64,000 bases of DNA from NCBI GenBank assembly GCA_043228905.1, contig JBHGNT010000015.1, positions 6,386,001 to 6,450,000 on the forward strand. Direction: 5' to 3'. The position numbers were made by a program, and so were the translations under genes. This DNA comes from Azolla caroliniana. Lineage: Eukaryota > Plantae > Polypodiophyta. Below, in pieces: positions 12,092 to 25,733 of the stretch. Under the pieces are notes generated by a model, which had not been told where the DNA came from, did no database searches, and saw nothing but the letters and a program-made list of their open reading frames with translations. Every line of letters starts with the position of its first letter. The first letter of the stretch is position 1.

Positions 12092-14447
12092 ATCATGGCC
12101 TTTTTGGGTGCAAGGAAGGCTAACAATAAAATCCATGTATATACTTTCCCACTTATTATTGGGAATTTCCAAGGGATGTTAAAGTCTTGCGGCTTTAAAT
12201 CGCTCAGCTTTGTTAACCTGACACTGGTGACATTTAGTCACATAGCTATGTATATCAGGATGTATCTTAGGCTAATACAATTGAGTGGAGATGAGAATGA
12301 GCATACGATGTATTCCAAGGTGCCCTACTGAGGGTGCATCATGGCATTCAAAAAGAATTCTCTTTTTGAACTCAAGCAAATTTGGAACACAAACCTTCCC
12401 ATTATGGTAGAGCAGACTGTTAGCAATGTGGAAGGATTCCTTCGAGGATGTGGTGGTGTTTGTTCAAGACTCAACTCTTGCCCAATATTTCGCAAAATAA
12501 TTGTCATCAGGATACTTTCCTCGAAGGTGATCATAAGGATCTGATGTTATTTCAGTGAAGCTAAGCATGTTAACTTCACAACATGTGTTCATGGAACCTT
12601 TACGATATCGTATGGAAAAATCAAAGTCATGGATGAGATTTGCCCATCGTGCCTTACGACCTTTAAGGTCTTGTTGGTCACAAAAATATTTCAAGGACTC
12701 GTGGTCCGTAGTTACCACAAAATGATTTCAATAAAGATAATGGCACCATGTCTTGAGCGCATGAATAACTGCAAATAATTCCTTTTCTTGTATGGTATAC
12801 CGACAATAAGCAGAATCAAGTTTCTTACTCTCAAATGCTATTGGTTTACCATCTTGATATAAGACAACACCTACAGCATAATCACTTGCATCGGTTTCAA
12901 CCTAAAAAGGTTTCAACCTAAAAAGGCCTGACCAAAAACTCATAATGGCCATAGCACGCACGAAATGCCATTTTAGGAACATCTTCCTCACTTATATGAA
13001 TTTGATGGTAGCTCGTACGGAGATCAAGTTTCATAAAATACCGAGCTCCCTAGAGACGGTCAATTAGATCGTCAGCCCAGGGCAATGGATATGAATTCTT
13101 GATCGTCACTTTATTCAAGCGTCGGTAATTAATATACATGTCATGTGCCCTCTTTCTTTTTTACCAAGAGAATATGTGCAACCCATGGAGATTTACTGTA
13201 ACGTATATAACCCATTTGTAAATAGTCCTTGAGTTGCTTAGATACCTCATTCTCTTCGGATCGACTTAAGCGATAAGGAGGTATACTTATTGGTGCAACA
13301 CCAGGTACAATATCTATACAATGGTCTATATTACATTTCGGAGGCAACCCATGTGGTAGTTCACTCGGAAAAACATCACAAAAATCATTTAAGATTTCAT
13401 CGAGTTGATGTTGTTCAAAATATGATTATTGACCCGAGACATTATCGATATTATAAATGTGAATGTTCGGATCAAGTACACAATAAAATAAAGAAGAACA
13501 AGACAACTCGGATATTGATGGAGAGGAAACAATCAAAAGAGATTGTTTATTTACACATTGAATAAAATGAGTACAATCGTTCAGTACAAAGGAAATGGAA
13601 TGACGAACCCAATCAATAGACAAATAAGAGTTTTTATTATGAAACCAGGGATAACCTAGTATTACATCAATGGTACAAAGATTCATTACATGGAATTCTA
13701 CTTCCTCTATATAAGTATCAATAGAAATTCCTAATGAATGAATTGCCCCGTTGATGTATTGTACCCTATAGGTGTGATCATTTACAGTGGGTTGGATTCC
13801 CCATATCTAAACCAAACAATCCTTCACAAAATTGTGTGAGCTTCCCGAATCACAATTAAATACGTATACACGTGATTACATATGCATATATTTAAAAAAA
13901 TTGTAACATCACATAGCCAATGAATGATGTAAATGGAGATACGTAATCGAGGAATATAGCCTCCACACACGCCAAACATCCAAAAATAAGGGTGAACGTA
14001 ATATGCAATTGAGGTATGGACCTCTTACACATACGACACCAATCGCATATCCTTTACATAGAAATGTATGAGGTATTGACCTCATACGCATACATAACAT
14101 ATGCATGTGAACATAATACGCAATTGAGGTATTAACCTCGTACACATACAACACGAATCACATATCATATATATGTCAAATGAGGTATGGACCTCATACA
14201 CATATGTAAACGTTTTAAACAACCAATTAATTACCACTACAACATCATTGAATCAATGAAAGAAAACACATATTTGCTATACATGATTAGATTGGGAGAA
14301 GAAAGAATAGAAAAAAGAGAGAGTTAATGAAGCTCCTTTCTTGATAGCTATTTGGATCAAGCTCGGTCGTACATCGATCGATCGCCATCCAACAAGAAAA
14401 AAAGCAATCAACAAAAGAAACATTAGAAACATGGCTCGGATACCAAT

Positions 14448-14902
14448 TGTTAGAGCTTAGCTACTAATGTAAGCATATGATAAGGATAAAAGGTAGATAA
14501 ATAGGAAAGGAGAGAGAGAAAGAAGGGTGTCGATCCACCCGACCACCCCAAGCGGAGGGATCGAGACGGACTCGAGCCTCAATCGGTGTTCCATACCACT
14601 TTCATGAAGTCGAGTCATACCTGGTGCTGGCGCGCTTCCTACAAGAGTTGACCCACCAAAATTTCAGAGTCTCGACGTAGTCGATAATGCCCCAAATGAG
14701 GGTATCTAGGCCTCATATTTATAGCCAGACCTAAGGCCTCCAGGCAAGTTCACACTTGGCCTAATGGGTTGTCTCAATCCCAAGGATTAAAAGTAATCCT
14801 CCCCTTCTTTACACTCTCGTTTAACCCTCACACTTTATCCACGTGTATAGAATACTATGGTAAATTCTCACCACGGCATATTATATGGTCATGCCCATAA
14901 CA
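14448..14902 (-). repeat. 5' LTR of chromovirus C
   Basis: TG..CA ends and adjacent PBS. The last 65 bp match 5312-5376. Confidence 0.85.
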
Positions 14903-17900
14903 ATGTCGACCAAAAGGGAATCATGAGAAATGTCTTTCATATGCCCACAATCACCAAGAATTTGGTGTCGGTCGGATAGATTGTTGACCAAGGCATGCAA
15001 GTTTGATTTACTCATCTCGGATGCTTCATTGAAGAAGAAGGCATGATCATCGCGGAAGAGTGCTGAGAAGGGAGGATGTTCATCCTCGAAACGAATGACG
15101 TAGGCACCACTATGTTCACCAAGGGGCAAAACTTCAAGTCGGACATCAACTTGTGGCACAAGCGGTTCGGCCACGTAAACTTCCCGCAGGTTCAGGAGAT
15201 GCAGACGAAAGACATTGTTTTCTGCTTGCCGAAATTCATTGGCTGAAATGACGAAGTTTGCAAAGCCTGCTAGTTAGGGAAGCATCACCGACTTCCATTC
15301 CCAAAGGAAAGAAATTAGAGCTGAAACAAGCTCTATTTGATGCATTCGGATGTATGGGGACCAGCACAGAACGTGAGTATCAATGGAAGTTATTACATTG
15401 TAACCTTCATCGATGATTACACTCGACAAACTTGGGCGTGCTTGATCGAGAAGAAAAGCGAAGTCTTCTCCTGATTCTTAAAGGTGAAGAGCCTTGTTGA
15501 ATGGGAGATAGGCCAAAAAATCAAGTGCCTAAGGTTCAATGGCGAGAAAGAGTACAAATACACGCCACAACATAATGACGTGGTCGAGAGGAAGAATCGG
15601 ACGATCGAAGAAGCGGCCCGGGCAATGCTTGATGAGAAGCATATGCCAAAATTCTACTAGGCCGAAGCCATCAGGACAGCGGTATACCTGCAAAATCGAA
15701 CTTCTAGAAATGGAGTTTCACCACACGAGTTGTATTTTGGAAAGAAACCGAATTTGGCACACTTCAAGGTTTTTGGTAGCGTTGCATATGTGCATGTGCA
15801 GAAGGAAAAGCAGAGGAAGCTAGACGCGAAAGTAGAAAAATGTATCTTGGTCAGCTACTCGGATGAGCAGAAGGGTTATAAGTGTTATAACCCCCACAGG
15901 AGAGATGTTCGAGTAAGTCGAGATGTCGTCTTCGACAAGTTGGCTTCGTGGTACGTGGCTTTACCTCCAGCTCCCATCCACTCCATTCTAAATTATGAGG
16001 ATGAGGCTAGTGAGGCCGAGATGCCCCTTGATAAGTGGGCCAAATGAATGACTGAGTCGAAGGGACCAATCGGATGAAGAGTCGGCGAGTAGTGGAGACT
16101 CCGTCGTGCAGTCCCTACGCCAGAAATCAAGGAGACAATTTACGCGCAAGGAGAAAGGGAAGATGAAGCTGCCAGAATATGGCACCGAGGCTGAAATGTC
16201 GGATCGACATGAATTTGACATGGCTAGAAGCATGGAGAGACCTCCAAAAATGGGGTCAAAGTCGGCCAAGAGGGCCACGAAATCGCTGAACCGAAAGGTG
16301 CGCCGATCGACCAACTAAAAGAATCCCGTAATTCGGTATGGGTACAATGAGTATATGGCGCATCATTATGCATATATGGCGAAGGTGGCAAACGTGCGTG
16401 AGCCAGAGAGCTTTGCAGAAGCGGCGAAGGACGCAAATTGGCGTGCCACTATGGAGGAAGAGATGCATGTGTTAACGGAGAACGAGACTTGGGACCTAGT
16501 TGACGCCCCCAAGGGTGTGAAGCTGATCAGATGCAAGCGGGTGTACAAGGTCAAGTACAACACCGACGACTTAGTCAACCAATATAAGGCCCGATTGGTG
16601 GCGAAGGGCTATGCGCAAAAACACGGCATCGATTACGATGAGACCTTCGCACCGGTCGCAAAGATGATGACATTCCGTGTCTTACTTGTTGTAGCACCGG
16701 TAATGGGGTGGCACTTACATCAAATGGATGTAAAGAATGTGTTCCTGTAACGTGATCTTGAAGAACAGGTGTACATGGTACAATCCCCCGGATTTCTATC
16801 CAAACAAAACACCTCGCCAGTTTGATGATTGAAGAAGTCATTTTATGGACTTAAGCAAGCCCTGTGTGCCTGGAACGCCAAGATCACACAGCGGTTGCGT
16901 AGGATAGGGTTTGCTTCATCAAAATCGAACTCTTCATTGTTCATTCGGCCGAGTCTGACTGGACTGATTTGCATTCTACTATATGTCAATGATCTAGTCA
17001 TCGCCGGTGCCAACCTCGGAGAAATCGGTCAAGTAAAGTTTCAGCTTGCGGCATCATTCGAAAGGAAGGATTTGGGGGACCTTCATTACTTCCACAGGAT
17101 CAAAGTGATCTGAACCCCCAAATACAAATTGATTAGCCAACGCCATTATGTGTCGAATATGCTCTTCAAGTTCGGGATGGCGGATTGTAAGTTCATCTCA
17201 ACCCCTCTAGATAGAAACATGAAACTTTGGGAAGAGCGTTCAACCCGACACGGTTCCGAAAAATTGTGAGCAGCCTCATTTATTTGACGATTAGTCTGTC
17301 GGACCTCAATTACCCGGTCGGCTTGATCAGTCAATTCATGTCGCAGCCAAAGGCCGAACACCTTCAATGCACGCAAAGGATATTGTGATATGTCAGCAGC
17401 ACTAAGGACAGGGAGTTGTTGTATCAAGTAGGAGTAGCCAATGAGTTAATCGGCTACTCAAACGCCAATTGACCAGAAATGTAGGCAATCACATGTCCAC
17501 GTCTAGGTTCGCATTTTCACTAAGAAGCGTAGTGATCGCCTAGAGCAGTAAAAAGCATCTGACAGTGGCATTGTCCAGCAATGAGGCTGAGTATTGAGGA
17601 GCGATTGTCGCCACGTGCGAATCCATTTGCCTCAAAAGACTACTAAAGGATTTGCATGTAGAGGTGTCTGAGTCGACAGTCATATTTTGTGACAACCTTA
17701 GCAACATCCAATTAGTGAAAAACCATGTCTTCCACGCCTGGACAAAGCACATCGAAGTGCACTATCATTTTGTTTGCACATCGAGGTGAAGTCGAACTCG
17801 AGTATGTTCTGACCGATCGGCAGGTTGTCGATATCTTCACTAAACCTCTTGGCCTAGACAATTTGTAGCATTTCTCGGGCATGCTCAATCTTCAACATTT

Positions 17901-18398
17901 CAGGCATGCTTGAACTTGAGGAGGAGGAGTGAAGCCAAAAAGGAGAGAGACAAAGTCCAAAAAGACGAATCGGATGATGAATTTGATTTCGGCACGACTG
18001 AAGAATTCGGAACGTTTGAATCGGCTGGAGAAGCCGAGGACGCATGGACAAATGGAAGAAGATCGGCTAAGAAGAGACTAGCTAGATGCAAGGGGGGTGG
18101 CCGAAAGAGAGAGCTAAAGCCAGAGCCAACAGAACCAAGGGGAAGTGAAGTTGAGAAGGGCAAGGAAGGCGATAGCAAGGGACCTGACAAGGGCCCTAGA
18201 AGCTATCAAGCTAAGCGTAAGGGTCGAGGTGCACGGAACCAGTTGATTCGAGGAGCACCAGACCGAAAGGATCGTGCGACGCAAGGCTGAACTGGATGAG
18301 GAGCACGAGCGAGGCATCAGGACACCAGGAGAAGAGGCTGGAATGACGAAACAGCTGAACCTAACACGAAGGGACCTCAAGTTGAGCTTGAGGAGGAG

Positions 18399-18847
18399 CG
18401 TTGAGAGACAAGCTCAACATGGACAGAATCGGTGGAAGAAGCTGAGGTCCGAGAGCCGAGAGTCGAGAGCTGAGGGCCGAGAGTTGGGAGCCGAATCAAA
18501 GAAAGTTCGACTCGGGTGTGCCAAGTCGGAAGAATTCCAAAAGGCCGTTGAAGGCCCATATTCCTATTATGGTGGAGAGGAATATTGTAGGCAGAATTAG
18601 TGTCGTGCTTATTTATGAGCATTCAAGTACAGACGGTACTTGTGTTAGCCCACTCGTCAGGGGCTTGTATAAAAAGTGTTCACTAAGCACAACGTATGTA
18701 CAGAGTGTTCTTTATTCAAAATAGCAGTTGTTGTCTACTCTCTCTCTCTCATACACCATTCTCTATGTTTACCTAACTATTGAATTTTTGAAACCAACTG
18801 TGTACTCGGTGTCTATCGCACACGCTTCCGCACATGTATTCTTTTCA
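18399..18847 (+). repeat. 3' LTR of copia B
   Basis: Follows the PPT GAGGAGGAG and aligns with 4569-5014. Confidence 0.9.
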
Positions 18848-20887
18848 CAATGGGCCAACCAAAGGAACATGGACGAAATGAAGGATCGGGCCAAGCCCCC
18901 GAAAGAAATGATCGGAAGCACCGACAATGACCCATCTTGGCAGGCCTTACAACAATGCCAAATTATGCTACCACTGGACCAGCTCTTGCAGTTGGTTCCC
19001 AGGTTCACAAAGGAGTTAAAATCAGCATTGTCAGAACAAAATCCAGCATTGGCACCCACATTTTTCACAAATCCGGGTGAGGAACCGGTTGTGGTGGACA
19101 CCAACAATTCGGCGGTAATAGTCATTATAAAAGGTAACGAGGTACCCAGTATGATCATAGACGGAGGCTCGGGTGTGAATGTGATCAGTAGAAGAACCTA
19201 CGATACATTGGGTATCCGAGAATGGGAACCATGCCCATTCTGGTTACGCATGGTAGATACCAATTCCGTCCGGCCAACTGGACTAATCCGAAACCTCGAA
19301 ATGACGATCGGAGGACACGCGTTCCGAATCTCAACAGTTCTCTTGCAACTCAACGCGCCAAGAGCATACCCTCTATTATTATGAAGATCGTGGCTAAAGA
19401 CAATTCACATCAAACAGAATTGGCAAAAGAACGTGGTCACTTTCCGACGGGGTTAAACCAAGGTCCAGGTACCAACACAGGAACGGGTTGGCACAAGCAA
19501 GCAAATAACGCCATTATACGCCGAGATTACAAACATGTTGGATGGATTGGCGGACGAGGAAATAGACCAACATTTAGAAGAACATCCCAAAATAGTGTTG
19601 CTCTTCGACGTGAACGTGGCCGAAGTTATCAAACCATATGTTACACACTGGGAAGAGGAATTCGACGTGCCAGATCAGGAGGCGATCCGGGAATTCCAAC
19701 AGGCCCAAGAAGCATTGGAAAGAGAGATGGTGTTGTTACAATGAGTCAACGTGTCTACAGTGGAAGAGGTAGATCTCGGCACAAGCGAGGCACCCCAGCC
19801 AATAAACGTGCCCAAAGAAATGCCACCAAGTGAGAAATTGGCCATGATCGAGTTATTGAAAGAATTCACAGACGTTTTCACATGGTCATTTGAAGATATG
19901 AGGGGACTGGAACTAAAATTGTACAAGCACTAGATCCACCTAAACACGGACACCAAACCGGTAGCCCAGGGACGCTACCGGATGAATCCGAATTATGCGT
20001 TGAAGGTGAAGGAGGAAATCGATAAACTGATGTGCGTAGGGTTCATCCGACCTGTAAAGCAAGCCATGTGGCTCAGTCTGATCGTGGTAGTGCCCAAGAA
20101 AAATGGGAAAATCTGGATGTGCGTAGATTATCAAAAGCTCAACGCGGCCACAATGACAAATGCATTCCTGCTATCGTTTACGGATGGAGTATTGGATGGG
20201 ATAGCAAGGTAGAAAGTATATAGCTTCCTAGATGGATTCAATGGGTACAATTAGATAGGGATGCATCCAAACGACCAAGAGAACACGACATTCATTACGG
20301 AATGGGGAGTATTTGTTGTCGTCGTAATGATATTTGGGCTAAAAACGACACCTGCAACATTTCAGAGGATCATAATGGAAATATTCAGCAAATAAATTCC
20401 GGCCTTTATGCAGGTGTTCCTAGATGATTTTGCCATTTACAGACGAAAGGAGGATCACTTAAACCATCTCCGTATGTGTCTCGAAAAATGCCAGGGATCC
20501 CGGTTAAGTTTCAATCCGGCGAAGTGTGTATTCGGAGTCACGAGTGGAGCGTTGTTAGGGCACATAGTAAGCAAGGAAGTAATTGCAGTGGATCCGGGTA
20601 AGATAAAAGTAATCCTACAAGCACCGGCACCTACAAAGCCAAAGACTTGAGCCGATTCCTGGGACAGATCTAGTGGTACAACCGGATGCTCCAGTACTTA
20701 GTCGATTTCGCCACTCCATTGCATGCAGCAGTACACAAATTACCCTTCCAGTGGACGGAGCACAAGGATAAAGCATACCATGCACTTAAAGTCATGCTAT
20801 CATAGGCTCCAGTGGTACAACCACCCGATTGGACCAAGGATTTCGACATATTTGTAGACGCGTCGAATGAGGCTATTGGAAGCGTAA

Positions 20888-23800
20888 TGTAAAGGTTAAT
20901 ATGCAGAACCTTGTAGACAAAACGGCTCAGCCAGATAACAACAGTAAAACAATGATGAAGTTTTAATGGAAGCTTAAGAATACACTGTACACGGGAGAGA
21001 CAGATAGAGTAGAACAGTAAAACTAAATTCAAAAAATAATAACACTCTATGCATACAAATGTCCTACAAAACACTTTTTATACAAGTACTTTAAGGTCTA
21101 ACAGAAATATTGACATGTACTTCAATGCTCATATAAGTGACTAAACTAACTCCAAGGAATATGCCTACGTACTAGGCTCGAACCATAGGCTCCAACGGCC
21201 TACATGTTCTCATTATTCCGGAGTACGATCCGATTCTTTGGTCTGGCTCTAGGTTCTGGAAACCGATCTATTCGGACACTGATCCGGTTCTCCACTCCGG
21301 ATACCGAGCCGACTCTAGCTTATTTAGCCGACCCGAATCCAGTTGAGCTTGCCCGCTCAACACTCCCCCTCAAGCTCAACTTGAGAACGGATCACTATGT
21401 GTTTGTGCCTACTAAATGTTGCAGTCCACTTCTTCTAACGTCTTCACCCCTCATTCACGCTCCTCGACCTGTCCGATTCCTCTGCGTCGATGTCGACTTC
21501 CATTGCCTCCTCGTTTGTTTGGCCTTTAGTTGATCCGACTCCTCCAAATCAAACACCTCTTCTGAATCGGGTGCCTCCGATTCATTCCAACTCTTGTCCG
21601 AATTGGTTTTCTCCAATTCGTCTTCAACCTTCAGGCCCTTCACCACGTCCAGGTCTTGGCCTTCTTGTTCCGGTTGGCTCTGTCCTTCTTGATTATGCCG
21701 CCGTTGCCGCTTGTTCCGACTTGTTCGGATATGCCGACTTCTTCAGTCGACTTGGCTCCCATTTTTCTCTTGTTTCCCCATGTTTCAATCTTGTCCTTCT
21801 CTCAGGTTGCTTGTCCGGCACCATTACCTACCTTTCCGATTTCTGTTCCAGTTTCCTCCTTTCTCCCCCTCAAGTGCGGCATGTTGAGATGTTGAAGACC
21901 AAGCATCTCAAATAAATGTTGCAACTTGTCGGTTCCGAGTGCCTTGGTGAAGATGTGGGCAACCTGCCAATCCGTCTGGACATACCGGAGTTCGATTTCA
22001 CCGCCAAGGACCTGCTCACGCACAAAGTGATAATGTACTTCTATGTGCTTTGTCCGAGCATGGAACACGGGGTTCTTGGCCAACTGCATGCTACCCATGT
22101 TGTCGTAGTAGATCGGGATCGGAGTTGATACATCGATCCCGAGGTCTTGCAGCAGTTGCCGAGGCCATATGGCTTCACAGGTGGCAATGGTAGTGCCCTG
22201 ATACTCAACCTCAATGCTCGATAGAGCCACAATTGGCTGCTTTTTGCTGCCCCATGCAACAACAGCGCTACCTAGAGAGAACATGTAACTAGAAGGGGAC
22301 CGACGATCCAACGCATCACCAGCCAAGTTGGCATCCGTATAGCCAACTACCTTTTCAGCTATATTGTATCGGTATAACAGTCCCCAATCCTTAGTGCCGC
22401 TAACATACCTCAGTATTCGGTGTGCGCACTGAAGGTTCTCCGTGGTTGGCTTGTGCATGAATTGACTGATCGCTCCAACCGGATAGCTAATGTCGGGTTG
22501 AGTGATTGTTAAATAACTAAAGCTTCCGCCAATTTGTCGGAACCATCTCTTGTTGCAGACCGGTCCAGAGTCAGCACGAAGCTTGAGATTCCAGTCCAGG
22601 TGTGTGGAGACTGGTCGGCAATCCGTCATGCCGAACTTGTACAGCATATTCCATACACAATGTCGTTGTGAGAGCAATATGCCGTTGAGGATATGGATCA
22701 CTTCAATCCCAAGGAAATAATGGACTTCGAGGCCGCAAACCCCATCCTACGTAACTGGTGCATGATCTTCGAATTCTAAGCACGGGGGCTTGCTTCAGGC
22801 CGTAAAGGGACTGTTTGAGTCAGCACACTACCGACTTGTTCATCTCCAACTGAAAACCAGGGGGTTGGATCATGTAGACATGTTCTTCAAGGTCACCTTG
22901 AAGAAATGCATTCTTCACATCCATCTAATGAAGATGCCACCCCCTTGCCGCAACAACCTCCAGTACCACACGAACCGTCGTCATCTTCGCCACTAGAGCG
23001 AAGGTCTCGTTGTAGTACCATGGGTCTGCGCATATCCTTTGGCCACTAACCGGGCCTTGTACCAGTTGACCAAACCATCATCATTATACTTTACCTTGTA
23101 CACCCACTTGCACCCGATCGGTTTGCAATGTCAGGGAGGGTCAAGTAGGTCCCATGTGTCGTTGGCATCAAGTGCCCGCATCTTTTCCTCCATTGTTGCA
23201 CGTCCATTGCCACTTTGGGATAGCTCTCCGGCTCACGCACCTCCGCCACTTTCGTCATGTATGAATAGTGTGTACCATGTACTCATTATATTCGTACCTT
23301 TTTATGGGGTTATTCTAGCGGGTTGACCGGCATAACTTCACATTCGCCGATTGCAAGGACCTCTTGGCCTACTTGAACTTTGTTCCCGGAGGTCCGTATT
23401 CGTTCTTTCCGGAGTCGGTTTCGCTCTGATCCGACTCTTCTATGCCGGTGTCATACTCTGGCATCTTCTTCTTCCCCTTTTCTTTGCGTGTGAACCTTCT
23501 CCTCGACTCCTTGCGCGGGGAGAGCACGGTCAAGTCTTCACTACTCACCAGCTCATCATCTTGCTAGTCCTTCCGACTCAACTCTTCTCTCGTCCCGCTC
23601 AACCGGAATGAGATCGAACTCTCATCTAGAGTACCAAATCCTCCTCCTACTTCTGCCCGGATCTTTTCGGGCTCATTGGCCTCATCTTCCGGAATCGGGT
23701 TGGGATCGGGGGTCGGAGTCGGCAGAGAGTACCAAGATGTCGATTCGTCAAACTCGACATCTCGGTTTACTCGGTCAATCTTTGTCCAGGGGTTGTAGCA

Positions 23801-25733
23801 CTTGTACCCCTTCTGGTCATGAGAGTAGCCGACCAATATGCACTTCTCCAACTTTGGGTCCAGCTTCCTCCGCTTCTCATCTAGTACATGCACATAGGCA
23901 ATGCTACTGAATATCTTAAGGTGCCTTAAATTCGGCTTGCGCCCGCAATATAGCTCATGTGTTGACACCTTATGCCCGATCCGGTTTTGGATGTAGATGG
24001 CCGTCCAGATCGCCTCAGCCCAATAGAACTTGGGCATGCTCTTCTCCTCCAGCCTCACCCGTGCTGCCTCCACAATTGACCGATTCTTCCTTTCGACCAC
24101 ACCGTTTTGTTCCGGTGTATATCTGCAACTGAATTCTCGCCGAATTCCCTTCTGTTGCAAATAACTGTCGAATTGGTCAGAAAAGTATTCTTTTCCTCCA
24201 TCCTACGGCAAGCACTTTATCTTTCTCTTTGTTTCCCATTTGATAAGGCTTTGTAGGTTCCAAAAACAATCAAAGACTTCACTTTTCTTCTCAATGAGAT
24301 AGATCCATGTGTGTCGGTTGTAGTCGTCGATGAAGGAGACGAAATATTGGCTCCCGCCAAGCCTAACGTTCTGTGACAGTCCCCAAACATCCTGTTGAGA
24401 ATCAAGCTCAACATAGCACAACATGTGAACACACCTTTTGAGAATCTATGATTACTCAAAGGTCAAGAGTCACACCACTACTCTCTACACATTAACTATA
24501 TGTCATAGAATCATATTCTATGACACATAACTAATGAATTGCATATTCCCCGTGACTATGAGTATTCACATTCCCCAAGACAGAGAGTGGTTGTTGTAAG
24601 TTAATGAAGAGAGAGGGTGACTCTATATAAAGCACCCTCCTCATACTTCATACCAAGTCGGTTGTGACTCCTTATTATGCTACATTTTGTAATTCTTATT
24701 CTACTTGTGAAATATACACCTTCTTCTTGAGTATTCCTTTTTCTATCTATCTTGTGTTCTCTCATCTCTCCTCTAATTCCTCTCACACATACACATAGCA
24801 CACATCTCTTCCGCTACACAAGAATCACCATTGATTCTTTACACATCCAAATGTATTAAATCGAGCTTGTTACGGCTCTAGTTTCTTTTGGTGGGGAACG
24901 GAAGCCGATGTTGCTTCCCGAGTTGACATGCTTCACAAATTTGGGCCTTCCGGCCACTAAATTTTGGTAGTCCGAATGCAACATGTTTCATCGGCAAGTC
25001 TTGAAGCCTCTGATAGTTGAAGTGGTTGATCTGCGTGTGCCACAAGTCGATATCCGACTCGACTTTGTGTCCTTTTGTGAACAAGGTAGTGCCTACATCA
25101 TTGGTGTCGAGGATGAACATCCTCCCGTCCTGGCGTCCTTGCGCGATCACTTGGCTCTCTTCACCGATGAAGCACCTGATGTGCGTAAACGGCACATGCA
25201 TCCCCTGGTCGACGATCTTCCCGACCAACACCAGGTTCTTTATGATTTCGAAAACATGAAACACGTTCATAAGATTCCCTTTTTTTCCAACATGATTCGA
25301 GGGAACTTCTCCGACATGCACGATCGGGTGAGGAGTGTCATCTCCAGTCTCGACAACTCCCGGTTGCTCCGGCTTTTCCAAAAATGTGAACCACTCTTTG
25401 TGGCTCATCATGTGGTTAGACGCTCCGGAGTCAACGTACCACACTTCCTCCCATTCGACTTGTGTTTCATCACAAAGGCTGGCCCTTTTTCGGTCTTTCC
25501 GGTCTCAGATTCTTCCTATCCTTCAGCATCTTGCTAGATCTGGATTTATCCAAATCGACACGCTTCTTCCAGCACTCACTCTCCCGATGGCCTTTCTTGT
25601 CATAGTACCAGCATTCCACGTCGACCTTCCCTTTCCGGTTTCCGGCACCGATTTGACTCCCCCTGCTTGTGGAGGGTCCATAACTACTATCGTCACCATC
25701 TCTATACCTTCGGTTCTACTCCAACCGGCAACT
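20888..25733 (-). mobile_element. Ty1/copia element E, 5'-truncated
   Basis: 3' LTR 20888-21362 and PPT 21363-21371. RT/RNase H ORF 21802-22701 (TDANLAGD, HARTKHIEVHYHFVRE), INT 23564-24390 (PEQNGVVERKNR), protease WYVDSGASNHM ~25440 and gag knuckle ~25570-25620. Confidence 0.85.
24393..24843 (+). mobile_element. Solo LTR (copia-type, 451 bp) inserted in the integrase of element E
   Basis: TGTTGAGAATCAAGCTCAAC...TTTACA, TATATAAA at ~24624, perfect TSD CATCC (24388-24392, 24844-24848). Confidence 0.9.

Larger units (their letters stand above)
5312..14902 (-). mobile_element. Ty3/gypsy chromovirus element C (tRNA-Met primed), gag not detectable, 3' LTR truncated
   Basis: 5' LTR 14448-14902 and PBS TGGTATCCGAGCC (14433-14445, minus). 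Protease DSGSSHNFV at ~13830-13852, RT/RNase H at 12500-13350, integrase at 5650-6404 and 12097-12500. Chromodomain PEKIIDVK..FKIKW...DATWE at 5400-5560. PPT 5377-5387 and a 65-bp LTR remnant at 5312-5376. Confidence 0.85.
4569..18847 (+). mobile_element. Ty1/copia element B with both LTRs, internally deleted and hosting two nested gypsy elements
   Basis: 5' LTR 4569-5014 and 3' LTR 18399-18847 are alignable. Degenerate tRNA-Met PBS TAGTACCAAAGC at 5015-5026 and gag start MDRGMGSLLPTEKF at 5119. Pre-integrase/INT spans 14903-15960, RT 16355-17400 ([20 protein letters not shown]) and RNase H runs to ~17930. PPT at 18390-18398. Degenerate TSD CAGCG / CAATG. Confidence 0.9.
2614..20887 (+). mobile_element. 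Ty3/gypsy non-chromovirus (Athila/Tat-like) element A, decayed, split by a copia insertion and truncated in RNase H
   Basis: Gag at 3068-4568 has a CCHC knuckle (CYYCRQEGHYSSQC, ~4386-4428) and resumes at 18848. Protease IIDGGSGVNVI (~19150), RT MNPNYALKVKEEIDKL...VFLDDF (19982-20650) and RNase H start FVDAS (~20850) follow. The LTR start TGTTGGCCTAAA is seen at 2614 and 2716; its 3' boundary and PBS were not resolved. Confidence 0.8.
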
